From NCBI RefSeq assembly GCF_009914755.1, contig NC_060944.1: DNA of 64,000 nt; one strand, written 5' to 3'. Below the pieces are notes generated by a model. That model saw only the letters and a program-made list of their open reading frames with translations. It searched no databases and was not told where the DNA came from. Position 1 is the stretch's first letter; each line of letters begins with the position of its first letter. Source of the DNA: the human T2T-CHM13v2.0 reference genome, Homo sapiens. The translations under genes and the position numbers were made by a program. This document shows positions 29,319-42,294 of this stretch, in pieces.

Positions 29319-30130
29319 AAAAGTATACACATGTCATTGCTTGTAATAGACAAAAAACTGGATTCAACCTTCGTGCCGATGGACAATAGCAGGTTAAGTC
29401 CTGTACATCCACCTAATGGAATATTCTGTGGCCTTTTCAAAGAGAGCTCTTTATGCTCTGAGGTGGAGGTGCCTCCCAGACATATTGTTAAGTGAAAGAA
29501 GTCACATGCTGAAGAGCATGTATGGTGTGTTATCACCTGTGAAAAAAGAAAAAAATGCTTATAAATGCATGAAATACCTCAGGAAAGCTAAAAAAGAAAC
29601 TAACAAAGGTTGCTTCTGGAGAGGAGAAGTGGAATGTAGGGGTTCGAGGTGAGAAAGAAACCTCACTTTGTGTATTTTATTGATTGTATGTATGTATTTT
29701 TCAAATGCAATATCAATAAAAAGAAAGATAAAAGAGCCTGCTTTCCAGTCTGAATGCACTCCCTGGGGTGTGCATTTTCACAGTGGGTTTTGGAATCCTG
29801 TGTGCGCCCCCAGCAAAGTGCCTGCCTCAGAATACATAACAGATAGGTCCGTCTTGAGGGAAGCAGGTGGAGTTCTCACCAGTGGTTCCCATCTACCAAA
29901 GTCAGGCTGGCAACTTGACCTTCTTTAGGCAGAAACATCACAAATTAGAAGAAAGCATTCTCACAAGAGCACAGTGGACACACTTCATTCACTCTGGACG
30001 CATCTGCTGAGCACCGACTGTTTGCCGCACAGTGTTCCAGGCTCTGGGGTATGGCAGAGCAAGACGGATAATAACCCTGCCCTTCCTGCCTTCTAGCTTG
30101 CCTTCTAGCTGGAGGAGGAGGGGGCAATCA

Positions 30131-30450
<320 letters not shown>

Positions 30451-31569
30451 AAGTAGATGGAGTATGTTAAATCTAGGTAAGGGCTCAGGAGGGGAAACAG
30501 CAGGAAAAGTGAATACGAAGTGCTGGGGGTGGGGGCAAGGCTGTGACTTCAAGGTGGTCAGCGGAATCCTCACAGAGAAGGTCAAGGCCTGAGGAGGGGA
30601 GGCAGTGGCTCTGGAGATATCTGGGGGAGGAGCTGGAAGGACCAGCAAGTGTAGGGACGAAGCTCCTCCACCGTTTGTAGATGGGTCTGGGTGCCCAGGA
30701 GCTCCTGGGAACTCCTCTGAGGCCTGGTTTTGTATGAACTTAGTTTCTCTGAACTTGGATCAGTCAGCCCCATGCTCGGAATCAGGTGGAGCCAAATGCA
30801 AAAAGGGACCCAGGGCTGCATGGCTCATGCCGAGAATGATGCCCTGCCGGCTCAACCTCCACTGCAGGCTCAGGTTTGGAGGAAATAGGCCCCAGAGACT
30901 AAAACAATAATACATGTTCCAAGAATACTTCAAAAATATTCCTCCTCACAGGCTTTCCCAGTGTGGGTTCTCCAGCCCACAAAACGCTGTGCCGAGAGAA
31001 AGTGGCTTCTAGGGGGCCTCTTGGAGACTGACCGAGGCTCCAACAAGTCCTGAGTAAGAAAACCTAACTCACTTTGTTCAGTTGGGTGTCTCCCAAACTT
31101 CCCTGATGGAAGAAGCTTTTTTTTTAAGTTACTGCTATTAATATTCTTGGACACAAATGTCCATGGACTCCTCTGAGTGACATTGAATTAGGAGGTTTCG
31201 GTGGATTCATCCCTGGAGAAATCATTTTATGAATCAAATACAGAAGTCTTTGCTTTCTGTTATTTTCCCTGTAAGAGTCTCTTTCAAGACTGTTACCCAA
31301 AAAAGAAAAAAGGAAAAACCAAAAAGAAGGTAAGCCTTAAAAATAACAAGAGCGTGCTATTTCCAGTTCAGTGGAATGCCTGTGTCCACTTACGAACAGC
31401 GAGTGGGCACCTCGGCTGTGGACAGACCCTGTGCCCGGTAAGTGGGCAACTGTCCAACTGTGCGACCACATTCAGCGTAAGGATGGCCTATCCCCCACTG
31501 CCCCTAAACCTTCCCTATTGCCTAAGAATGGGGGAAGGTGAAAGAGAACTTCCTAGAAATGAAGCCTGG

Positions 31570-32030
31570 AAATTCTCTTCCTAGGTATATGTCTACCAGA
31601 AACCAGTGCTTGTGCTGCATAGAAGCTTCCTAAGACATGTACGAGAATACACATAGGAGCACTGCTCATCATGCCCCCAAACAGGAAACAACCCAAATAT
31701 CCATCAGCAGGAGGAGATATAAATTATGTGTGTGTGTTCATACAATGGAACACAACACAATGAGAAAAAGTATAAACTACCGCCACACACAGCAGCATGG
31801 AGGAACCTCTGGAAGCTTGCTGTGGGATTCCTTTGTTTGAAGGTCAAGGACAGGCAAGACTGCCCCATGATGACAAAGGTCAGAACAATGGCTAGTTTAG
31901 GGGGCAGTGCGAGAGACCCTGCTGGAAGCTGAAAATACGCAGAAAACCAGCAAGCTGCCCGCTTATAATTCATGCCCTTTACTCTAAGTTATATGCCAAT
32001 AAAGAAGTCAACAAGTTGAGAAGTGAAAAC
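31570..32030 (+). mobile_element. L1ME fragment
   Basis: CCTAGGTATAT...AAACAACCCAAATATCCATCA...TTCATACAATGGAA. Confidence 0.65.
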
Positions 32031-32039
32031 ATAAAAGTA

Positions 32040-32377
<338 letters not shown>

Positions 32378-33397
32378 CTAAATGCCATCGAGAGGCAAAG
32401 GTCGTTTTTTCTCCATCCTCTGCTACCATCCCCAATCCAAGCCACCATCACCTCCAGCCCCTGCTGGGTCTCCCCACTACACCTGTTGCACCCATCCCCC
32501 CAACCTTAGTGTCTACACGGCCATTAGAGAGATCTTTCCAACACACGAATCTGGGGACGCCACTCGCGTGATGGATTCTTCAACTTCTTACCTTTGTCCT
32601 CAGGCTAAAAATCTCAATGCCTCAATAGGGTTTACAGGACCTCTCCAGAGCTGACTGCAGCCTCCTCTGTCACCACCCTTCCTCTTTTCCACACCTCACT
32701 CTCCCCTATAGAATCCACTTCAGGTCCCTAAATAGGTCACGTGGGATCTCTCTCACCTTTGCATAGATCATTTCCCCTACCAGGAACAGTACTCTTCCCA
32801 ACACACCAGCCAACTCCTGCAGCTGCCCATCACTTCTCCCAGCTCACCCTTCACCTCTCAGCTGCAACATCTCTTCCTCCGAGAAGCCTTCCCTGCTTCC
32901 ACCTGGGTGCTCCTCTAGCACCCTCCTCAGAGCATCCATGGTGCTGTTGTGCAATCACCTGTGCAAGTATCTTCATCTCCTGCCATATCTAGCCCCAAGA
33001 GGGCAGGGGCTGCCTGTCTTGCCTACCATCAGAGCCCCAGCCACTAGCACTCGGTCCAACACGAGGATATGCCCAACATGCGGTCAATGGATGGGTGTGT
33101 AGCGCTCCTTGGAAGGTGGCTATGGCAGGTGTGGCAGACTCCATCTATTGGGGTCTGCCTCTTTTTACATAAAAGCTTTCTCTGAAGCCTCAGAAGGCTG
33201 CCCTGCCCATGCCCAGGGCACAATGGAAGGGCTGGGGAATCAACCTCTGTCCCCCACAACCCTCAGCCCATGGCTGATGGGAGTTCGTGTATAAACACCT
33301 CAGCTCACTCTCCTTGGGGGTAATTCTGAGGGAGGGCTCCACTGCTTCCCTGAGTTTCCCTTGCAGTTGAGCTCCACTTGACCACAGTGGTAACCTG

Positions 33398-34187
33398 TGT
33401 GGGGGCCACAACCCTGGGCCCCCTAAAAGCTTGCTGAAAAATTTTTTGCTGAAAAATCACTGACATGAGGCAGATTAATTAATAATAGAACAGGGGCCAG
33501 GCGCTGTGGCTCATGCCTGTAATCCCAACACTTTGGGAGGGTAAGGTGGTCTGATCACTCGAGGCCAGGAGTTTGAGACCAGCCTGGCCAACATGGCGGA
33601 ACCCTGTTTCTACAAAAAATACAAAAAAATTAGCCAGGCGTGGTGGCGTGTGCCTGAAATCCCAGCTACTCAGGAGAGGATCACTTGAACCCGGGTGGCA
33701 GAGGCTGCAGTGAGCTGAGATCACACCACTGCACTTCAGCCTGGGCAACAGTGTGAGACTCTGTCTCAAAAAAGAAAAAAAAGAAAAAGAAAAAAAAGAC
33801 AAAATTATTTTACAGATACACACGAGAGCCTTCAGAAGGAGATCCCAGCCCCATGGTGGCTCAGAGGCTTATATACTATCCTGCCAAAGTGGGAGGGGCA
33901 ATGAGAAATGCTTCTGAAGGGATTTCTAGGGAGAATGAACAAGTCTTAGAGGGAGGGGAAGGAAAAAACAATTGTTCTCATTGGTGGGTCTGGGTCTTAG
34001 GCAGATAAAGGGACTTCAGCTTCTTTGAGAGAGACAGTGGGGGCAGGGGAAAGGTCAGAGAGACCTTGAAGCTTCTTCATGTTGTTTTAAATGTTCAATT
34101 TCCTTAAAATTTTAAACATTATTTCCAACATTCAGTTGAGCATGTCAAAATGCCATATTTTGGGGTATTGGTTTCTGAGCCCCAACA
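33398..34187 (-). mobile_element. ERV1 solo LTR (MER39/MER34-like) containing an Alu
   Basis: Minus strand starts TGTTGGGGCTCAGAAACCAATACCCCAAAATATGGC; 4-bp TSD CCTG/CCTA. Confidence 0.7.
33495..33797 (+). mobile_element. Alu with short internal deletion
   Basis: Full dimer lacking the GCTGAGGCAGG segment of the right arm. Confidence 0.94.
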
Positions 34188-35690
34188 CCTACTTCCTAAG
34201 ACACCTATTTCCCTTCCTCGTCTCACTCCTATCAATATCTCTGAGGGCCACATCACAAATAAACAACTTGCCTTTGAATGCTTGCCTCAGGGACCACTTC
34301 TGGGGCCCTGTATCCGATAGCAGGGCTTCCCTTGCCCATTCCCTATCTGGCCCCAAGCTTCATGTGGGTCTCTTGGCCCAGGCCCCTTGCCGGGACACCC
34401 TCTACAGCACACACAGGGCGGAGATCAGATGGACACAGGCCACTGAGGACTTGGGAATGGAAAGGCAGTGCCTGTCAAACTGAGAGGAGCAGCCAGGATG
34501 CTGGGGATAAAGGAAAATATGAGGCCACAGGGACGTGGTAAAGAGTCGCTGACACAGAAATTAAAGTTGGAAATGCAACACCTTCAACGGAGGCTCGATG
34601 TGTGCCTGGAGGGGGCTGGGCTTCTGCCCTGGGTTCTGTAGGTTGAGTGAAGCTCACTGCCCAAACTTGCGAAATGCAGCAGAAGCCCGTGTACCTCCCT
34701 CCATTCCAGCCTCTGAAGGCCCAGGAGTCCTACAAGGTGCCAGTAAAGCATGAAGCAATGCCCTGGAAAGCACTAGGCACCCTGAGAGACTTGATAGAGA
34801 TGTCTAAGGGATAAGGGACCCTGGGTGGACCTTCCCAGGTTCCCAGCTGGAGGATCCAAGCCTCCGACAGCCAGGGGGCCACAGCCTCTATTTGAAGATG
34901 GGACCAAGGTCTGAACTGGCACATCTGGGATCCCAAGTTAAAGATGTCCCTTGGCATCAGAGGTGGATGGGTGGGAATGTACGGCTGATGGGGATGAGAG
35001 ATGGGCACCAGGAATACCAGCAATGGAGGCTGGGAGTCTGAGAAGCATGAGTCCTTCTAGGATGCCTTCCCCACACCCACAGGCTATGGGATTTGGGCCC
35101 AAGCCCTGAATGAGGCCTTAGGAGACCAGAGTGGGATCTGTGCTCACCCCACTGGCTCAGCATCCCTGGTTCAGTCATAGGTCTGCTGACCCTTCAGTTG
35201 GGCTTTCCAGACATCTATGAAATAACTACAAGTCACATTGAATTGGCCGGATATTTACACTGCCCTGGACCCCAAAAGAAATCCCTAAGTATGGGGAAGA
35301 GGTGGGCAGAGAAACTACTGAGGAGAGTAGAGGGGTGCCTAAGGTCAGATATTTGAAACATCTACTTTGAGGTAGCTCTTTGGGCTGCTGTTAACTGGTC
35401 TTAGCTTGCACCGATTTGCATGGCTGTATTAACTCCATAGATACCGGTGCCCTCCAATACACATGTGAGCAGTGGGCATGTGAAATGCAGCTAATCTAAT
35501 CCAACTGCTATGTGCTGTGAGGGTGGAACACACACTGACTGCAAGACCTGGAAGGAAGAAAAGATACAGTATCTTATTAATAGTTTTATATTAATTGCAC
35601 ATTGAAATGATATTTCAGATAGATTGGGTTACATGAAATATATTATTAAAATTTATCGAGGAAGGAAGGAAGGAAGAAAGACAACAACAA

Positions 35691-37071
35691 GCTCCGTCTC
35701 CCTCTCCCTCTCCCTCTCCCCACGGTCTCCCTCTCCCTCTCTCTCCATGGTCTCCCTCTGATGCCGAGCCCAAGCTGGACTGTACTGCCGCCATCTCGGC
35801 TCACTGCAACCTCCTTGCCTGATTCTCCTGCTTCAGCCTGCCGAGTGCCTGGGATTGCAGGCGCGCGCCGCCACGCCTGACTGGTTTTCGTATTTTTTTG
35901 GTGGAGACAGGGTTTCGCTGTGTTGGCCGGGCTGGTCTCCAGCTCCTAACCGCGAGTGATCTGCCAGCCTCGGCCTCCCGAGGTGCCGGGATTGCAGACA
36001 GAGTCTCGTTCACTCAGTGCTCAATGTTGCCCAGGCTGGAGTGCAGTGGCGTGATCTCGGCTCGCTACAACCTCCACCTCCCAGCCGCCTGCCTTGGCCT
36101 CCCAAAGTGCCGAGATTGCAGCCTCTGCCCGGCCGCCACCCCGTCTGGGAAGTGAGGAGCGTCTCTGTCTTGCCGCCCATCGTCTGGGATGTGAGGACCC
36201 CTCTGCCCTGCTGCCCAGTCTGGGAAGTGAGGAGCGCCTCTTCCCGGCCGCCATCCCGTCTAGGAAGTGAGGAGCGTCTCTGCCTGGCCGCGACCCCGTC
36301 TGGGAGGTGAGGACCGTCTCTGCCCGGCCGCCCCGTCTGAAAAGTGAGGAGCCCCTCCGCCCGGCAGCCGCCCCGTCTGGGAAGTGAGGAGCGTCTCCGT
36401 CCGGCAGCCGCCCCGTGCGGGAGGTGGGGGGCGCCTCTGCCCAGCCGCCCCTTCTGGGAAGTGAGGAGCCCCTCTGCCCAGCCGCCACCCCGTGTGGGAG
36501 GTGTACCCAACAGCTCATTGAGGACGGGCCATGATGACGATGGCGGTTTTGTTGAATAGAAAAGGGGGAAATGTGGGGAAAAGATAGAGAAATCAGATTG
36601 TTGCTGTGTCTGTGTAGAAAGAAGTAGACATGGGAGACTCCATTTTGTTCTGTACTAAGAAAAATTCTTCTGCCTTGGGATGCTGTTAATCTATAACCTT
36701 ACCCCCAACCCCTTGCTCTCTGAAACTTGTGCTATGTCCACTCAGGGTTAAATGGATTAAGGGCGGTGCAAGATGTGCTTTGTTAAACAGATGCTCTGAA
36801 GGCAGCATGCTGGTTAAGAGTCATCACCACTCCCTAATCTCAAGTACCCAGGGACACAAACACTGCGGAAGGCCGCAGGGTCCTCTGCCTAGGAAAACCA
36901 GAGACCCTTGTTCACTTGTTTATCTGCTGACCTTCCCTCCACTATTGTCCTATGACCCTGCCAAATCCCCCTCTGCGGGAAACACCCAAGAATGATCAAT
37001 AAATACTAAAAAAAAACAAAAACAAAAAAAAACCATAAAATAAAATTAACAACATAAATTAAAAAAAAAAA
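35691..37071 (+). mobile_element. SVA retrotransposon (older SVA_B/C-like), full domain order
   Basis: CCCTCT hexamers (35692-35721), antisense Alu-like region, GC-rich VNTR (approx 36125-36500), SINE-R (approx 36500-37005), AATAAA 36998-37003, A-tail; TSD AAAGACAACAACAA at 35677-35690 and 37072-37085. Confidence 0.98.
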
Positions 37072-37242
37072 AAAGACAACAACAAAAAAACCTTGAATCA
37101 GGATGAAGGGATTTGGGGTGATCTTTTCCATTCTCTAGTTTCAAACTTCACGTAACGTGATATTACTTTTAAATTTTTTATTAAAATTGTTTAAAAACAA
37201 AATGAAAAAAAAATAAATAAATAAAAATAAAATTTATCTCAT

Positions 37243-38121
37243 TGTTTTATGTGTTGAATTGTGGTCCCCAAAAAGATATGTTGGAGTGCTAACCGCTAGT
37301 ACCTCAGAATGCTACCTTATTTGAAAATAGGGTTGTTGCAGATGTAATTCGTTGAGATAAGGTTGATATGGTTTGGTCTGTGTTCCTGCCCAGATATCAT
37401 GTCTAATTGGAATCCCTGATGTTGGAGGTTGGGCCTGGTGGGAGGTGACTGGATCATGGGGGTGGTTTCTTATGAATGGTTTAGCATCATTCCTTTGCTG
37501 CTGTTCTTGTGATAGTGAGTGAATGAGTTATCATGAGATCTGGTTGTTTAAAAGTGTGTAGCACCTCTCCCCTTCTTCTCTTCCCTCTGGCTACATAAGA
37601 TGTGCCTGCTTCCCCTTCACTTTCTGCTATAATTGTAAGTTTCCTGAGGCCTCCCCAGAAGCAGAAGCCACCATGCTTCCTGTACAGCTTGCAGAACTGT
37701 GAGCCAATGAGACATCTTGTCTTTATAAATTACCCAGTCTCAGGTATTTCTTTATAGCAGTGTGAAGATGGACTCATACAAAGGTCATACTGGAATAGGG
37801 TGGGCCCTCAATGCAATATGATTGGTGTTCTTATAAAAAAAAGAAGATACAGACACAGCAAAAACATAGCCATGTGGCGATGGAGACAGAGATTGGAGTG
37901 ATGCAGCTGCCAGTCAAGGAATCCCACGATTGCCAGCAAGCACCGTGTGCGGGGAGAGGCAGGAAAGGCTTCTCCCCTACAGGCATCACACAGGCCACGG
38001 CTCTGCAGGAGCCCCGATTTTGTCCTTCTGGTCTCCAGAGCTGCGAGACCATAAATGTCTGTGGTCTTAGGCCACCCACTTTGTGGCATATCGTGACAGC
38101 AGCCCTAGGAAAGGAACATAC
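37243..38121 (+). mobile_element. MLT1B-like MaLR LTR interrupted by MSTA
   Basis: TTGAATTGTGGTCCCCAAAAAGATATGTTG...CTTATTTGAAAATAGGG; 3' GCAGCCCTAGGAAA. Confidence 0.85.
37364..37780 (+). mobile_element. MSTA solo LTR
   Basis: TGATATGGTTTGG...TTTATAAATTACCCAGTCTCAGGTATTTCTTTATAGCA...ATACA; perfect 5-bp TSD AAGGT. Confidence 0.92.
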
Positions 38122-38296
38122 CCTGTTTCATTTTACTTATTTAACGTGGCTACCAGAACCTTGTGAAGTACGCACACCATGATTTCCTCTTTCCAGAGGA
38201 GGAAGCCGAGACTCAGAGAGGCCAAATGGTGCGTGTAAAGATGACAAAGACCCCAGGAGACAGATACAAATTCAGACATCCCCCTTCAGACCTCAG

Positions 38297-38744
38297 TGTT
38301 CTTTCTGGAACTGCATCCAACCTATTGGTTTCACTTTTATGTAACAAAGTTGTGAGGTGTTTTCAGTAGCCACGGACCCTCAGGTCACGTAACATGAGCA
38401 TGCCCAGATGACTTCAGTGTGCAACCTGGGAGAGGGGGGATCCTAAGTGCTGGGATGGAGGATCCAATCAGATCAAGCTCTGGCATCACCCCGTGGCAGG
38501 ATCCAGTCATATCACGCCTCCTGGCATCACCTCTTTGCAGGATCCAATCAGATCTCACCTCATTACCTTATGCTTATAAAACCTTACCCAGCCCCCAACT
38601 CGGGGAGATGCTGCTTTGGGAATTATCCCTGGTGTTCGCCTTACTTCTTACAAGTAATAACATCCCCTTGCTAAGTCCTCCTTGGTTGTAGTCACTGGGT
38701 TGATATCTGCCAAGCAACTGAACCTGCTGGTTGTGTGGATGACA
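38297..38744 (+). mobile_element. Solo LTR (probably ERVL; family uncertain)
   Basis: TG...CA ends, internal 40-bp repeats with CCAAT, TATAAAA at 38575-38581. Confidence 0.6.
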
Positions 38745-38754
38745 TTTCCATTGC

Positions 38755-39150
38755 TCATTTGTTCGTTTAACATGATTTATTGAGCACCTACAGTTTGCCA
38801 GGCACTGCTCTCAGCATTTCAGTTAGATAGATAAACCAAACACAGATCCCTGCCTTGTGGAGCTTATGGTACAGCAGGGAAAGACAGACATTAAATAATA
38901 AACATAATGAATAAGTACTTTTTTTGGTACGTTAGAAAGGCTCCATGCTATAAGAAAATAAGTAGAACAGGGTAAGGGGGATTGGAAGTGAAGGGTGGTC
39001 AGTTTGCAGTATTACATAGGGGGGTCAGGGTCAGCCCCATGAGGAGGTGAAGCTCAGCAAAGATGTGAAGGAGCTGAGGGAGTGACCCCTGCTGAAATCT
39101 GGGGGGAAAGTGTCCCAGGCATAGGGAACCGTCAGTGCTAAATGACAGCA
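38755..39150 (-). mobile_element. L2 3' fragment
   Basis: ATTTATTGAGCACCTAC...GCCAGGCACTG; CCCTGCCTTGTGGAGCTTA. Confidence 0.75.
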
Positions 39151-40759
39151 TGAATATCTAAGACATATCCAAGGGAAAACAAAGCAGCTTTTCAGGTGGG
39201 TTTTTGTCACTTGTTGGAATTGCTGCATCTAAGTGCTTTCTTCATGTCTCTTCATGAGACTTGACCAAAGGCCTTTCCCAGAGAAGGGCCCTAGAAGGGT
39301 CATGTGGGTTGTCTTGCATGGGCAGATGTCTCAGCAACAGTGGAAACCTCTCATCTGTGGCAGAGATTCTGGGGGCTGCACCAAGCCAGGCTTCCCTGGT
39401 GGGTCACCAGCCTAGTGCATGAGGAGGTCAGGACCAGCCCCACTGAATGGCGTTAAACACGCTGCAGCTCTTGAATCTGGAGATGGACTGAGCAGGGTGG
39501 GAGCCAGGGAGAGAGGGGACCATTTTTCTTACCTAAATAACCTGGAAGTATAATGATAATTGTGTTATTATCAGTGATTAGGGTGACAATAAGAGAAGAT
39601 AATTTGTTTAAGGCAGTCCCAACCCCAAGTGTGTCAAGTATGTACGATATGGGGAGTATTTTTAAAAGATATCTGAACAAGAAAAGTCTGAGATCAAGTT
39701 AAATGTTCCTTCTCTCACAGAACAGGATGTAAATCTGATAGTCCCTGGGCTTTAGAGAAAATGATACTGCTGGATATTAAATTGTACAGCGTCACTATTT
39801 ATTATTTATTCCAGTAAGAATGCTATCACCCTTACCAGACACCTACGTTTTATACTCACAAACTTCCCTGACCAGGGCCAAGAACAGAAACTCAACAGTT
39901 AGAGACTCTGCCAAGTGCAGGGGACAGGGCAGTATTACTCGGTGGTCCTCACAGGCATAGGCAATGTAGTGGGGCATTGGCAAGATGAACAAATTATGAC
40001 TCCTGGACTCAATAAATAAGATGATCTCCAATTGTCCTGGCCAGAGTGGGCAAGACCAAGAGGTGGTTTCATTTCTAAGCAGTCAGAGAAGGTAAAAATA
40101 GCCTCTCCTCTCACTTCTGCACCACACCTGCATTCTGTTTGCTAGTCATCCCTGTCCTTTATCTGGTCCAGCATTGCTAGACAAGTTGGTGGCTCTGGAG
40201 ACGACAAGTTTGAGCCATTCTCATGGCTGGATGAAACGAGGTATGGGATGGGAGTCTAGAGTCAGTGTCCTCAACTTCTCACCCCATCCCTAGGGTTCCC
40301 CACATGAGTCTAGTTTAATGCAATCCTCATTTTGCACATGGGGAGATAGAGACCCAAAGGGAGCCAGAACCTGCCCATGTCATGCTTAGGTCAAGGCAAC
40401 CCGACCTCCATGCTCGTGTCCTTCCATTGCCTCACACTCCCTCACTCACCGAGCTCTGTCTCCTTAGGATGGAAAACAACTTTCAGGAAAATAAAACTCA
40501 TCCAGGCCTCAAAACTTGAGAGAGGCTGGAGAACAGCCTGCTTTATTCACAAGTGACTAGACCAAGGGACTTCAAACTACATTTCAAGGAATCCCCTGAA
40601 TGCCTTATAGAGGTTTCTGGAGCTGTGACATGGGGCTGTGTTTCCCCACCCAACCTCCACTCCTCCTGGCCTCACCAGATCTCAGTCCTCATCTGTTTTG
40701 TGTTTTGAGGTTCCACACTGGATATCATTGCTTTTCCATATCTGAAAAGCAAGTTTGGG

Positions 40760-41112
40760 ATAAATGCATTGTTCAGAATGCATGGAATACTACTCAGCAA
40801 CAACACGGATGAATCCAAAATGGGTAATGCTAAATGAAAGATGCCAGGCCCGAAAGGCTACATACTATATGATTCCATCGACACAACATTCTAGCAAAGA
40901 CAAAACTGTGGGGACAGAAAGCAGCTCAGCAGTTGCCAGGATCTGGGAACTAAGGGTTGACCACAAAGGGTTGCAGTGTTCTGTGTTAACAGGGATGTTT
41001 CCTATCCTGATAGTGGCAGTGGTTACGTGACTGTCAGCATTTGTCAAAACTCACAGAACTATGCAATTACCGTATGTAAATTACACCTCAGTAAAACTCG
41101 ACTTTAACAAAA
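40760..41112 (+). mobile_element. L1M 3' end
   Basis: ATGGAATACTACTCAGCAA...TATATGATTCCAT...TTTGTCAAAACTCACAGAACT...TGTAAATTACACCTCA. Confidence 0.8.
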
Positions 41113-42294
41113 AAGCTTGGCGATCACTTCCTGAACATTTTTTTATTCTAAGATCTTTATGAACAGTTAAAAAAGGAAGCAAAAGCTATCAGCCTTTGGG
41201 TGTGTAGGGTGGGAAGGAGATGGCCACCCTCTGGGGCCTCCTGCATGTCAGACAACCAGCTCGTCACTTTAGCTCATCTTTTAAAATTCACACTTTCACA
41301 CATACGTATAATCCTCACAATAATTCTATGGAGAAGCTGAAAACTGACAGGCTCAGTGTGGCAGATAATATTTTCCAGAACAGCAAGAGATAATATGAAA
41401 AATAAATAAAATAACACAATGCAGTGTTTTAAGCCACCAGGTTTTGGGGATGATTTGCTGCACAGCAATAGATAATTGGAACACCAGGTAACCCGCCCGA
41501 GGCATCTTCGCAGCCAGATAAATGCGGTTCTCTATCCCAGGTCTGCCCCTTCGCTCTGCTCTGCCCCTTCTCTCTGCTTTGCCCTGTTCCTGAATCAGGC
41601 AGTGCAATACAAGCCCCACACACAGCTACAGAAAGAAACTCTAAATGCATCCCTCTGCAGAGCAGTGGGACCCAGCCCCACTCTGGGAGCCAGGTTTCAA
41701 GGTAGTGCCTGGCATACAATAGGTGCTCAATAAATCTTTGGGAAATAAAGGAAGCGATTCCAGGCCGTCCTAGGAGCTGACAGGACAATGAAGCCGACAC
41801 AGTTCCTTGTTCACGGTGGGGTTGGCGGCGGGTAGGGAGGAGATTGCCCTTTAGGGAAGAGACGGCAATAAGCAAGCAATTCAGATGACTTTAGACACTA
41901 AGTGCCGTGAATGAACAGGGCTCTGTGATGGGGAGTGACTGGATGTATAGGGAGGCCAAGGAAGTCCTCTTTAGGAGATGATATGGGAATGTGTGAATGA
42001 GACCTGAAAGACAGAAAGATGCCAGCTTTGGACAGACGAGAAAGTGTCCTCCTGACAGAGGGGTGGTCAAATGAAAAGCTAAAAGAGGTACAAACACACA
42101 CGTGCACATGTTCATATTCTAGAGCCGAGCAAATAAAACAAACAATATGAGAACATGGAATAAAGTGTAGGGCATCAGTTAGGAGCTCAACTTTGCCACC
42201 AGCTCCCCAAGTGACCTTGGAGTGGCTATTTTCTCTCCCTGGGCTTCTGTGTTTCCTGCTGTAGGATGCAGAGGTTGGGTGGAATCGATGACAA

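Larger units (their letters stand above)
33225..34310 (+). mobile_element. ERVL LTR (LTR16-like) split by an ERV1 LTR
   Basis: 5' part ends CCACAGTGGTAACC; 3' part resumes at 34188 with AAATAAACAACTTGC...CTCAGGG. Confidence 0.6.
35445..38160 (+). mobile_element. MER33 hAT element split by SVA and MLT1B/MSTA
   Basis: 35445-35657 ends TTGGGTTACATGAAATATATTATTAAAATTTATC; continuation CCTGTTTCATTTTACTTATTTAACGTGGCTACCAGAA at 38122-38160. Confidence 0.7.

Noticed and set aside
29100-29536. Lys/Arg/Glu- and Phe/Ser/Leu-rich ORFs (also 20094-20603, 3086-3394)
   Set aside because: Translations of simple repeats.
36010-36559. Repetitive Arg/Gly-rich ORFs and a CRISPR-like or CpG-island-like repeat array
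   Set aside because: This is the SVA VNTR; no unique spacers, no cas genes, and the CpG richness is intrinsic to SVA.
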